Assembly: GCA_028023455.1 (NCBI GenBank)
Contig: JAQFVV010000008.1
Location: forward strand, 12,772,001-12,836,000
Direction of reading: 5' to 3'
Source of the DNA: Epiperipatus broadwayi
Taxonomy: Eukaryota > Animalia > Onychophora
Length of the DNA: 64,000 nt
The stretch's first letter is position 1. Each line of letters begins with the position of its first letter. Shown here piece after piece: positions 1 through 11,169 of the stretch. The notes beneath the pieces are model-generated. The model was given only the letters and a program-made list of their open reading frames with translations. It ran no database searches and was not told the DNA's origin. The position numbers were made by a program, and so were the translations under genes.

Positions 1-525
1 ACAAGTTAAAGTGTTTAAAGGTGAACTAGGGGATAAACCCCCAAGTCCACTTGGATAGTTTAAAGAAGCTGTTTGATTTCTATCAGGCAAATGAGGGAGA
101 TTAACTCACTATTTGCAAATCACTGCCTACAGGGCCCAGCAAAGAATTGGTAGGGTCAATCCAAGACACCCCCGGTGTTCAAGGAATATCAATCAGTGCT
201 ATTGACAAGCTACTGGAGTGAAGAGCATCAAGATATAATTCTTCATCAGCTCTCATAGAAAAATACAGATGGAAGGAAACCCACTCAGTTTTTCCTCTGA
301 CTAGAGACCCAGCTAAGATCTTTAATGGCATTCCCATTTTCCGATGCACACATCATCTGTACTGTGCAGGCTAACATGCTCCAGTCAGTTCAATGAGTAT
401 GGTAACAAGCAGGATCCTGAAAGTGGAGAAAATGGCACTTTTTGATCACTGTAGACCTTGGAAATTTTAGTAATGAACCCCTGGAAGAAGTAGAAAGGAA
501 GAGCCTCTAGTATTCAATCAGTGAC

Positions 526-1303
526 TGTACAGAAATGGAATGACTAACCTGACTGAGGGCCCAATTAGGTTGTTCCTCCAGACTGACCCACCTAAATATT
601 TAGAAACACAAAATAGTCTTGAGAAAACCCCATCTCTACTATAATCAATAAGGCAGAAGCCTTGGTTCCCAAATATGCCCATTGATCCACATCCAATTAC
701 CAATATGAAAGTAGGAGGTTTGGTAACTCATGCACTGTTGGACTTGGGAAGTCAAGTTTCCTTTACCTCAAAAGGATAATATGAACAATTAGAAAGAGGA
801 AAAGCACATCCTATGATTGCCCACCCATGCAGTTCAACCTATCCTCTCCAATGGAAGGACTCAACCAGAAAATTACCAGGTCTGGCTGGAAATGTGATAG
901 AAAGGGAGAACCCCTAGAGTTCATCCAGTAATTGTACAGAAATGGAACAACTAACCCAAATCAACATGTGACCAAAATCAGATTATATTTAAAAAATATA
1001 CTATAAAGAGCAGTTGGAAAATTTTTGAGGGCCCTATTAGGTTGTTCCTGCTGACAGTGTCCTGCCTAAAGAGTTATATGAACACAAAATGGTCTTGAGA
1101 AAATTCCATCTCTACTATAATCAATGAGGCAGAAGTCTTGTTACCAAATATGCCTGGGAAGTCAAGTTTCCCTTATCTCAAAAGGTTGGCATGAACAATT
1201 AGGAAAAGCATCTCCTATGATTGCCCATCCATGCAGTTCAACTTACCCTCTCCAATGGAAGGAAAACTAGTACAGAAAATTACCAGATCTGGCTAGAAAT
1301 GTC
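526..1303 (+). repeat. Diverged tandem duplication (~370 bp x2) of the gypsy protease region
   Basis: 526-~895 and 933-1303 share long blocks (tgtacagaaatggaa, attaggttgttcct, aacacaaaat.gtcttgagaaa, ccatctctactataatcaat, tgggaagtcaagtttcc, catgcagttcaac, cagaaaattaccag). The second copy lacks the segment encoding ALLD. Confidence 0.85.
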
Positions 1304-2996
1304 CATAGGCAGCACTGCAGGACACATTTTTTATTGTGGCTGGGTTGATTCATCATCACATAATAAGGTTTGACTTTTTGAATCAACACCAAAGTATGGT
1401 AGACTGTGCCCAGAGTATTCTCATGTTCAGAAGAGAATGAATTGCCTTTGTAGATCTGAATTGTAATATCCATGTTAAAGTGGGATGTGTTACATAGATC
1501 TGATAAGGGAACAGGCTCAAGAATCAGCATTAGAGGACACAAAAGACAGGGACAAGTTAAGTGAGATCCTTACTAGTAATGCAAGGGTGTTCTCAAATAT
1601 GCCAGGGAAAATTATGGTTATATACATCGAATCAAGGTTAAAGAAGAAAACTAAATGAAGACATACCCTATACCACTCCAATACCAAAATGAGGTCAACA
1701 ACAAAATAGAACAAATGATGAACTGGGGAATTAGGGTCCATCTCCATACAATAACTCCTTACTAGTTGTTAAAAAAAAAGCAGTGCTGTTTGACTGTGTT
1801 TGGATGCCCATAAGCTCAACAGCATTATGGTCCCAGAACAGGATGTTCTACCATCCATTCAGGAAATCTTTGCTCACCTTAGCCATAAAATGTTGTTTTC
1901 CACTCTGGACCTCACAGCCAGTTATTGGCAGATGATGCTGGACCTACTAAATATGAAGTACATGGTGTTTAGGCATAATAGTCAGACTCATCAGTTTAGA
2001 AGAGTTCCATTTAGCTTAATTAAGTGGGGCAGGACTAATGAGATGCCTCAACAAGGTTTTGTCAGCAGAAATCAAGAAACACTCCTCTGCTAAGTGGATG
2101 ATGTGGTAAGTTGCCTCACACAACTCAAAAGAATACCTGCTGTGCTTAAGAAAATTTTTCCAAGAATCTGCAAAAAAAATATCACTGTCAACCTCAAAAA
2201 AAGCTATTTTGCCATCCCAGTGCTATGCTTCTTGAGACATATCATCAATGGCTAGGGCATCAAGATGCACCCAGACAAGGTGGAAGCCATCAAGAAATTC
2301 CCTAGGCCTACCACCCATAACAACATCCAAGTCCTTCCTGGCATTGTATAATTACTATCACAAGTTTTATCCTGGGTTCACCCAAGAGGCTACCCATGGC
2401 TGCCCACCTGCTAAATCTCTTAAGGAAAGGTCAGAAGTGGGCATGGATGAATGAACATGACCAAGAGTTAGAAACCATTAAACAAATTTTTAAAAACCAT
2501 ATGCTGCATGACCTTGATTTCACACGCCTCTTTATGTCCAGATGGACAATAGTAAAAAGGCATTAGGTGCAATCATCTTTCAAGTTGAGGAGCAGGGAAA
2601 ACACCAAGTGCTAAGTTTCAGTGACCATACTCTTAGAGGCTGGAAAATCAATTATACCATCATAAAACACGAAATGATGGTGATTGTATGGCAGGCAATA
2701 AATTTAAGCAGATTTTTCTTGCATCAGATCATCACTGATTTATAAATGTCTGGCATTCCTCAGCCATTAACTAACCAATGAGCATCTAATCCATTGGAGT
2801 TTGTCTCTTCAAAATTCCAATTCAAGGTAATCTATTGTCCAGGACCCAAAAACATTGTCATGGAAAATTTGAGTCATCACACCATCGAGAGATCAGCCAC
2901 TAATGGTTGTGCTGAATTCGGTAAATAGTACCATGAAGACTGACTAAAAATACTCCTATACTGGCAGAACAAGGAACCACAATACCATGAAATAAT

Positions 2997-3582
2997 TGTG
3001 TTTTTGGTTAGATTTGCAGGTTCATAAACCAACAGATACAAAAAAAACAACTATTCAGCAATCAATATGTACAATTTATTAGTACCAAATATATACACAC
3101 ATTAGTTAAACAAATGTACAAATACAGTTGATAGACTTCACTGCTGAGATAGTCATGCGGAGTAAGGAACTCGCTTCCAGCTAATAATTAGCCTGCAACA
3201 TGAGTTCTGGTGAGACTCTTCCAGCTATGTAGTTAGCTTGCCTTGAGTCAGCTCTAGTTCAGACATAGCAGTTTCCAGTCCATAGGTGGACTTGCCTCAC
3301 TACATGGACATCTCAATAATGACTAGATAAATACCTTTGCTGATGGCAGAAGGTTTAATGGAGAGCACATTCTGCTGTTCAGGCTAACAGAAGTAATTAT
3401 TCTCCCTTTGCCTCTAAAAGGCTGACTATTTAAAGGCTGATCCCCTATCTTACTGGAAACATGTGGATTCGGTGCATGAACCCCAGTGAAGGTTTTACTC
3501 CTGTTGGATAGCAATTGGGTGCTAACCAATCAGGCAAGGAATCTGGAATAGTCCACTTCTGAAGGCTGGGTCAGATATGACA
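2997..3582 (-). mobile_element. 3' LTR (~586 bp, TG...CA) of a second gypsy element inserted antisense into the first
   Basis: Minus strand begins TGTCATAT at 3582, directly after a polypurine tract CAGGCAGGGGAGGGA (3583-3597), and ends ..AAACACA at 2997. It contains an AATAAA near its 3' part. Confidence 0.7.
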
Positions 3583-3905
3583 TCCCTCCCCTGCCTGAAA
3601 TTAGCCCAGGAGGATATAGTCATTGAAATGGACTGGACAACATTTTGTCCACTTGGTTGGTTTCTCCGGTTGATTGTTGTTCCTGTCTTCATCTTCTTCA
3701 CTTGATGAGTTTGTTTCTGCTTGTCTGCTGCTATCTTGATAGCTTTAGATGTGTAGTTGAGTCTTAGCTGGTTGTGATGGTGATGATGACCATCTTGTTA
3801 CCACAACAGTGTAGAGGCTTTTTATTTGTGTAACCACTGCTACCAGTCCCAACCTTCACAATTACAAAACCCTGATGCCACAAACACTGGTTGATACCGA
3901 ATAAA
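3583..3905 (-). pseudogene. Integrase C-terminal tail of the antisense gypsy element
   Basis: Minus-strand fragments WHQGFVIVKVGTGSSGYT, HHHHNQLR and RKPTKWTKCCPVHFNDY resemble the W..G.I....GP.SY, RRH..QLR and RRS.R....P....DY motifs at the end of Mag-like gypsy pol. Confidence 0.6.
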
Positions 3906-6376
3906 AAAACAGAGTTCTGCAAATACACACCAAAGACTCCAATAATCCATGAAAAATCCTTGTACCCCAGTCTACACACATGTTTAATTGACCATATTCA
4001 TAATTTAGTAAGGTATTATGATCCATGAATAACTGAAGAGGCAATCATATCGCAGTTCTACTGAACTGGCCTATATGCACAGGTGCTTACTGTATTTTAG
4101 AAATGTGCTGTTAATCAAGAAGTAAACTGCCAAATAAATCACATGCAGGCCATAGTACCTCAATTATCCCATCCCAAGCAAATACCAGTACTTCTTAGTA
4201 ACATATGTATTTTTCAAATATGTGCATGCTTACCTGGTATGGAAAGCTGATTTTCAGAATGCCATTTGAGTTCTACAGGAGAAACAATTCAATGAGGTGG
4301 GTAAACCCACCACCATCTTGTCAGACCAGGGACCTGCCTTCATCTTCAAAGAATGGAAGGTGGGGACTGGAAGACAAGACATCAAACACATACTTATCTC
4401 TATTTGAAACCCTCAATCCAACCCTTGCAAGTGGGTAATGAAAGAGATCAACCACTTATACAGAAAGTATATATCTGATAATTACAGGGGTTGAGTGAAT
4501 CATCATCAGACTGTTACCTATTTTATTAACATCATAAATGAGTCCACAGGGTTCATACCATAGTGACTCCAATTCGGGCAACCATGCCTGATCATGGTTA
4601 AAATCCTGGTCCCAATAGAACAGGGATACATTAGTCAAAAAAGGGACCAGGACAAAGCTTGATTATGAATGACACAAATGGCAAGGCTCAGAGAGCATAG
4701 GGGAAATACTAACCACCACACTTTCAAGACAGATGTAGTTTGGGTACAGGACCTGAAACCAAATAACATAAATCATAAGGAATCTGAAAATTCTTCCCAC
4801 TATATTCCTATTATCCAAGGATGAAATGGTAGGACAATTAATGCATGACATCTGAAGCTGTGTTATGAGATGTGCCCAGATCCTGGAAAAATATAAATTA
4901 TGCTCAGACTCAGAGGCTCATTTGGGAATATCATGAAACTGAATTGGACACCGATTAAAAGTATTGTGATAATACTTGTTTAAATTATATTATAGTTAAA
5001 TCCTATCATTTTTTTCTAATTAATCAGATGGTATCAGGAAGGATAAAATTAATTTTGCAGGTGTTAAGGGTTTATGCATTTTTAATAATTAATGTTGCTA
5101 TACTGTGGATGATGATGTGGAATGGCCAGCAGGAATTTCTAAACAAAAATGTAATGGAAATAAAGAATCATGTCCTGCTTTCAGGTATGTGTGAAATGAA
5201 GGAAATATCTTACCTCAAGGCAGCACTCGTTAAATATTTGCCTTGTGTATAAATAGCTAAATTTGGTTATCATTAGCTAAATTTTGGCTATCATTATTAT
5301 TCTTGTTCTATTTTGATATCAGGTAGTCAATATGCATTGTAAAATAAATCATGTCGGGGCAAAAGAGAAGACTGATTGCTTCCCCATACCTCTGAGCTTA
5401 TCTAGCTCACTATGCTGAAGTCTGAAACATCTAGACTAAATAAATGGGCCGTTTGGTAAAGTGCTTGCCTGAAAGTGAAATTTGAATCTCTACCAATGCC
5501 TGTTTCCAACCCAAACCAACTTATGATCATGATCCACCAATTACCTACGTCATGTCCTCAAGCCCTAGGTAATATCTACATTTCTGTCAGCTAATGAACT
5601 CTTAATTAATGAATTATTCTAATTCTAAACTATATTGTAAGCCTTTCTTACTTTCTATTTAATTCTTAAAAACTATTTATATAAATGCCAATAATGTCTA
5701 TACAATGTATTCTAACACTGTATAAGTTCTTACGGTTTGGGTGAGGCAATTTAGAATTAATTTCATTTCTCTTAGTTTGTGATTCTAATTTATTTTGATA
5801 TGCCAAGAAGATTTACAATCCAGCTAGTAAATTTAAACCAACAGCCAATAGTTTTTTCCTATTCAACTATGGAAACATAAATTTTCTTTAAAGTTAGTTA
5901 TTACAAACTCACTTGGTTTTATACCAATTATTTTATAATAATTTTACCCTTTAAATAATAGGAAGACCTTAATGTTTATATTTAATTGTTCTAAGTAAAA
6001 ATTAACATTCATTTAATGATTAAAATTGTTTTACCAATTTATTTAATTAAATCTCACCAGAAGTGAATTTAATATGTAATCTATCATGTGCATATGTGTG
6101 ATCTATCATTTTATTTTGTAAATTAATTTATTAAGTTGTATGTACAATGATCATTTGTAGAAATATAAGGAGATATTTTAGAAATGTGAGAAAAAGCAAT
6201 TTATTCCCTTTTAGTTTTAGACTCTGATCCCTTTTGTACATTTTATTAAACATTAGTTAAGTGCCCAGGATGGTTTGTGTTTAATCATTCCATTATGCAG
6301 GAGTGCATCCTATAATAATCATGTGTTCATTAATTTATTATGGTCGTTAGTGACACAAACTATTTATATGTTTTAG

Positions 6377-6476
6377 GTGTTATAAAGGTATTGTTGCAAT
6401 CATTATTTATAAATTTTCTTGCTTTGCCTTGGGATCTTTGGAACAACCAATCCCACTCTTCATTATCCTTCTTAAA
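6377..6476 (+). CDS. Candidate internal exon of an unidentified plus-strand gene (phase 1 to 2)
   Basis: ttttag| ... |gtaaat boundaries. Open frame VIKVLLQSLFINFLALPWDLWNNQSHSSLSFL. Phase matches the candidate exon at 7561. Confidence 0.3.
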
Positions 6477-7560
6477 GTAAATGTGTTTCCTACTAGGAAT
6501 CTTCTTCAGGCACCTCCAATGAATAAGTGTATGGGAAACATACGGATAAATCATCCCAACACACAACTTGTGCCACTATTCTTCAGAGATATGACCTTGG
6601 CCATCACACAGACATACTCTTTTTGTACAAACATGACAAAGCCACCCTAAACGTCGTAAGTGACCATCTTCCTGTATGCGATTGTGAACAACATAGTACC
6701 GCATTTATTATTATTATTATTGAGTTATTTATGAACCTGCAATGCTCTCTGTCAGACATAATTACATGTTGTTCACCACCCATTCTATTTTGTTGTTCAC
6801 CACCCACTCTATTTAATTCTTTAGGTCAGATTATTAATTACAGTTTTTTTAGGCTGCACTATTGTACTCCCACACATCTGAGCGATTTTCCAAATCTTAT
6901 TGAAATATGGTCTTGCACGCTTTTCAGATCACACATCATAAACTCTTACTTATATATATATATATATATAATGACTAATGAAACTCATTGGTGTGAATCT
7001 GTAATATTTTAAGTGAAGGTTAAGCTACAATGTATTATCGATTATCTAATCAAGTTGTCCATTTATTCTTGGAATATTAACCACATCAACCACCATATAT
7101 GATTAACCGCACAAGCCACTCTTGTTTTATAATGTAGTAATTGCACTAACCAATATTATGTAATAATACAAATATTTTAGTTCTGTAATTTTTGAATGAC
7201 CTATTTAATAAATCCATTGAAATGGGTGATTGCAAATTAACCATAATCAAATGTGTAATCATTGTATAGATATTTTACACACCTAGTTTATTTTAATTAT
7301 AATCATAAATTACCATACTTTATCATTAAATAAAATTATATTATATCATTTCTCTGTATTCTTGTATTTGTCTTTCATTGCCCGAAGCTCTAGTATTAAC
7401 TATTTGATTAAGTTAAATTGTTCCCCAATTGAATAAAAGGTTTTATTTAGTATTATTATTTATTAAACTCCTTTTATTAAGCAACAGTCTGAACCGTTCT
7501 TTAATTGTTATATTTTGTAGAAATTATTAGCTAATTATTTAAATATTATTGATTTTCAAG

Positions 7561-7663
7561 TCTCTTTGCTCACCCTGTTCTAATTGCCAGGTCTGGAATA
7601 AATGAAAAGCTTGCTAGTATCCTCAAAAGCATTGTTCATATAGTCAGAGACCCTGGAACACAG
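7561..7663 (+). CDS. Candidate internal exon of an unidentified plus-strand gene (phase 2 to 0)
   Basis: ttttcaag| ... cag|gtaaat boundaries. Open frame LFAHPVLIARSGINEKLASILKSIVHIVRDPGTQ. Higher GC than its flanks. Confidence 0.35.
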
Positions 7664-7914
7664 GTAAATGGGTTAGCTTATGCTATTGTTCCGGACCTGT
7701 GTATCTGGCACATGCAAGATTGCTATATTTTGCTAATATTCTAGGTCTTGTTGAATGAACACACGATTTTGACTGGTACAATAGTACCTATAAAACATAA
7801 AAAAATAGGATATCAAAATTGCCTTTATATATAGTAAAAGAAAAAAATAAGTCTGTTAATAGGGTGAGACTGGTTTCACAAGTTAAACATAGGTATAAAT
7901 ATTAATGCTGTGAA

Positions 7915-9420
7915 TTATGTGGTAAATGGACCAATAGAATAAGCAAAGCCTATGAGTGATAAGGCCAATCTATGGCCAAAATCACAAGAAGTTAAGAAAG
8001 AGAGAAACATAGCAAGCAAAGAAAAAATGATTAATGCAAGTTTCAGAATTGTAGCATGAGTATGTGGTAGAGAGAGGTCAACTAAAATGTGGTTCAAAGG
8101 GGCAAAAGTAAAGAATCTGTTGAATCAAGCAGAAATGATTAATGGTGACTATGATGGCATAAAAATATGCCACAAAAACCATGTTAGAGGGTGTGGTAGA
8201 TCAGTTACCATTAAATATAGCAAGTAGAATAAAAAATCTGAGAAGAAAATGAGAAACCCTAAAACAGTTAGTCGTGAAATAAAAATGATAATGTCATGGT
8301 GGGAAAATTGTTTGAAAAATAAAGCTTGAAAAAATTTTTTAGAACAGAAAGTTGCAGTAGTAGAAAAAAATCACCCAGGCCTATTCATGAAAAATGTAAG
8401 CTGGATAGATTTGGTGATTATGTGTAGCAAGTTTAGTAGGGTTTTTCTTTGATGTGGTGGGGAGGTGCTATACTTTGTGGAAAATATATTAGGCTTTAGT
8501 GTATAAGTTATAAAGCTAAGTTTTACTTCAGAGAAAAAATAGTAATAGAATGTAAACACATATCTAGTTTAAAAAGCAATAAAAAGATCATTAATAATTA
8601 ATGGAACATAAATGTAGATATATATGCAAGTTTTAAAAAGTAATGAAAAATAAATTCTGTAAAAATAAAAGAAACTTTATTTTTATAATTTGAGTTTAAA
8701 TCTAATTCAATGAAGAAAGATTGGTTTGCAGATAAATTAGACTTAAACAGATAAAGATTGTAACTTAAAAGCATTGTATAAAAAATTGTTGAAAGATAAT
8801 GCAAAAGATTATTTTCAAGGCCGGATATAACTTGCGGATTTAAAATTCCAATTTTAGGAGAAAACAAATGAAATAAATATTTGAAGCTAATTACTGTGGA
8901 ATGTGAATGGTTGTAATTAGAAGCCAGATTCTTATTGTCATTGTAAAAATGCATTAGCCAATTATATTGCAATAATAGGAATTTATCAATGAATTCAAGC
9001 AAGGAGAAAGCAGTATAAATTGTGTGTGCAACAAAAGAATGAGGTGTCAGCTTGTTGTTGCTGTCATAAGAGTCTTTGAGAAAGGCTAAGAAAGAAGTGG
9101 CCTTATTTTTCTGCAATGATGGCAGTGCCCCAGAGCCCATGCTTCTGAAGGTGAAAGATAGCCAGCTAACAAAAAAGTTTACAGACCTCACCGTCTTTTT
9201 ATTATTTGTGTACGCCTGAGAAGGCCCAATGAGGATTGTGTTTTAGGTACTGTGAGTATAAATTTTTAGTATTCACTTAGGTCCACAACTATTGCAGTGA
9301 AAATATTTATTTGCTTGGTGGCAATTATAGCCTTGAAGATTTAGAACTTTAAATCAAGGACTAATTGTTAATGTGTATAGCAGTATGACCAGCTCATTAT
9401 TGACTAAGTTCTTCAGAAAT
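7915..9420 (-). pseudogene. Degenerate long reading frame, possibly the RT C-terminus and endonuclease of an RLE-type (R2/NeSL-like) non-LTR retrotransposon
   Basis: One frame runs ~9420-8598 with three stops upstream of the 197-aa ORF; a second runs 8559-7915 with few stops. Weak motif echoes: LPSLQK..A..F, LEFIDKF....NWL, KIGILNP, SHHDII, ILVDLSLP. Confidence 0.35.
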
Positions 9421-9464
9421 TTTACCAAAATTACCCTTTCCTTTATTTTTCTGTAATATCTTAT

Positions 9465-9580
9465 AAATACAATTTATTCAAACCATTTTGACAAGGTAGT
9501 CAAAACCTAAAGTATATGTATATATGTACAATAAATGATTTGGCTAAAAATTGTTCAAAGTGGTTTGGATAAACCGTATT
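9465..9580. repeat. Small imperfect inverted repeat (~30 bp arms)
   Basis: aaatacaatttattcaaaccattttgacaa versus the reverse complement of ttgttcaaagtggtttggataaaccgtattt. Confidence 0.6.
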
Positions 9581-9618
9581 TACTGACTAAATTATACATC
9601 AAATCATATTTATTGATT

Positions 9619-10265
9619 ATATAGGGTATATGAACACAGACTTTCACACCACCCACCACTCTCCACACTATCTCATAACACTGATACACTCAAACACATA
9701 TATGTTGAAAAGATAAATTATCACCAATATACGTATTTCATGCGGTCCAGATTACCATCTCCACACATATATGCTATAAGTACTCAGATATATATTAAGA
9801 TCGTCATACATCTTACTTTAATGGACAGGCTTCAATCTACTCCACACTCCAACTCTTCAACTGTCCATCCAATTGAAAATCTGATGATGGAATGCTCAAA
9901 GGTCACCCTGAGGTCGAGATTCTTGCCACATCCATGTTGACCTAAAGTCAATATGACATCTCATGTACAGGACATAATCTATTTAACACATATACAAGGG
10001 ATGGGCAGACATCTCTACTATGTAATAACTGAAACACACAGGCTTATTATATACCTGTGTCTATATATGTAATATATAGGGTATATGAGCACAGACTTTC
10101 ACACCACCCACCACTGTCCACACTATCTCATAACAAATATGTGTTAGAGTGTATCAGTGTTATGAGAAAGAGTGAAGAGTGGTGGGTGGTGTGAAAGTCT
10201 GTACTCATATACCCTATATATTACATATATAGACACAGGTATATAATAAGCCTGTGTGTTTCAGT
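9619..10265. mobile_element. Non-autonomous Penelope-like fold-back insertion (family A), with its hammerhead core deleted
   Basis: Direct repeat 9623/10080 (period ~457 bp) followed by an inverted copy 10146-10265. Flanked by 12-bp TSD tatttattgatt (9607-9618, 10266-10277). Homologous to 21597-22385, with 20 nt of the ribozyme core missing at ~9743. Confidence 0.8.
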
Positions 10266-10978
10266 TATTTATTGATTGTATAATATGTATGTATATTTGT
10301 TCGGAATTAATGAACACTATTTAGTTATATCTTAATTGATGTGTGTATATATAATATGTAAGTAAATATATTTATTCTTATTTAATAACATTTTGGATAA
10401 TTAATAATTTTGTGATAATTATTGGTAGTCAGCTTCATAGCTGAATACACAACAAATTGTACAGCCAGTTTAACAATCTTGCCACACACATATTTTTCTG
10501 AGAATGTAAGCATTTTAAATAATAATTAATATAATTGTAATAATTGATCAAATGATATCAGTGGATGTCTAGGCATTTTTTTGTCTTCAATTTTTCTATT
10601 AAATAAAATTTTCTCTTATATAAATGTTCAAAATAAGACAAATATCAATCAGATTATTTATATTTTAATATAAAATTTTAAAAGTTAATAAGCAATAACA
10701 AATATAAGAAGCATATTTTTTCATCTTCTCTATGCCATTTATTGTAAGTTTTATTAAGCATGATTAATAAATCACACTATAGATCATGTGATATTTTATT
10801 GGTTTATATAAAATCTTGGCCGTAGGATAGATATGTCTATAGTTATTAAAAAAACTAAGTTTATTATAATATACAGAACTGAACAGGATTGAAATCTATA
10901 GGACTTTTGAAAACATTCATATGTTTTTTAGTTTGGGTTGATAACTTAATAATATAACATAGAGATAAATGATATCAG

Positions 10979-11169
10979 CTGGAAAGTCCATTAAATTCTA
11001 AAGATCCAGTTCCATTATTCCAAGATCCAATGGTACTCATTAATAAAAGCTATAAACTTGAATTATATCTGGGAATTTTGGATAGGAAAAGAAAGAATAG
11101 GAATTTATTACGCACTGCCATATACCATTACTTAGAAGGTGAAAAAGTATGCTACAAAAATCGCAAAAA
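10979..11169 (+). CDS. Candidate internal exon of an unidentified plus-strand gene (phase 0 to 2)
   Basis: 63-codon open frame LESPLNSKDPVPLFQDPMVLINKSYKLELYLGILDRKRKNRNLLRTAIYHYLEGEKVCYKNRK ending at |gtaag. The acceptor (gatatcag|) lacks a pyrimidine tract. Confidence 0.3.

Larger units (their letters stand above)
30..4860 (+). mobile_element. Heavily degraded Ty3/gypsy LTR retrotransposon internal region (gag-PR-RT-RNase H-IN), interrupted by an antisense LTR-element fragment
   Basis: Remnants in the correct order: gag-like FDFYQANEG..LQGPAKNW (~70-150), protease ALLDLGSQVS (733-762), RT (LPSIQEIF, FSTLDLTASYWQ, QFRRVPFSL; ORF 1800-2093), RNase H (DNSKKALGAII..NYTIIKHEMM; ORF 2542-2745), integrase (zinc-finger remnant ~3990-4130, DQGPAF ~4323, NPQSNP ~4410). 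Many stops and frameshifts. Resembles the element at 53-62 kb. Confidence 0.9.

Noticed and set aside
6527-7012. 161-aa ORF as a gene
   Set aside because: It runs through low-complexity attatt and (TA)n tracts and a short duplicated tgttgttcaccacc, and has no recognisable domain.
7915-9420. Nuclear mitochondrial insertion (ND5 or cytb)
   Set aside because: The hydrophobic AT-rich frame was suggestive, but diagnostic ND5 (HALFKALLF, GFYSKD) and cytb motifs could not be read in any frame with either genetic code.
10028-10062. Hammerhead stem III in gaaacacacagg..cctgtgtc
   Set aside because: The register is off by two bases and no CUGANGA is adjacent. Treated as the terminal hairpin of the element.
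9623-10135. Canonical retrozyme
   Set aside because: Insertion ends do not coincide with the hammerhead cleavage site, and the tail and inversion pattern fits Penelope pLTRs. Kept only as retrozyme-like.
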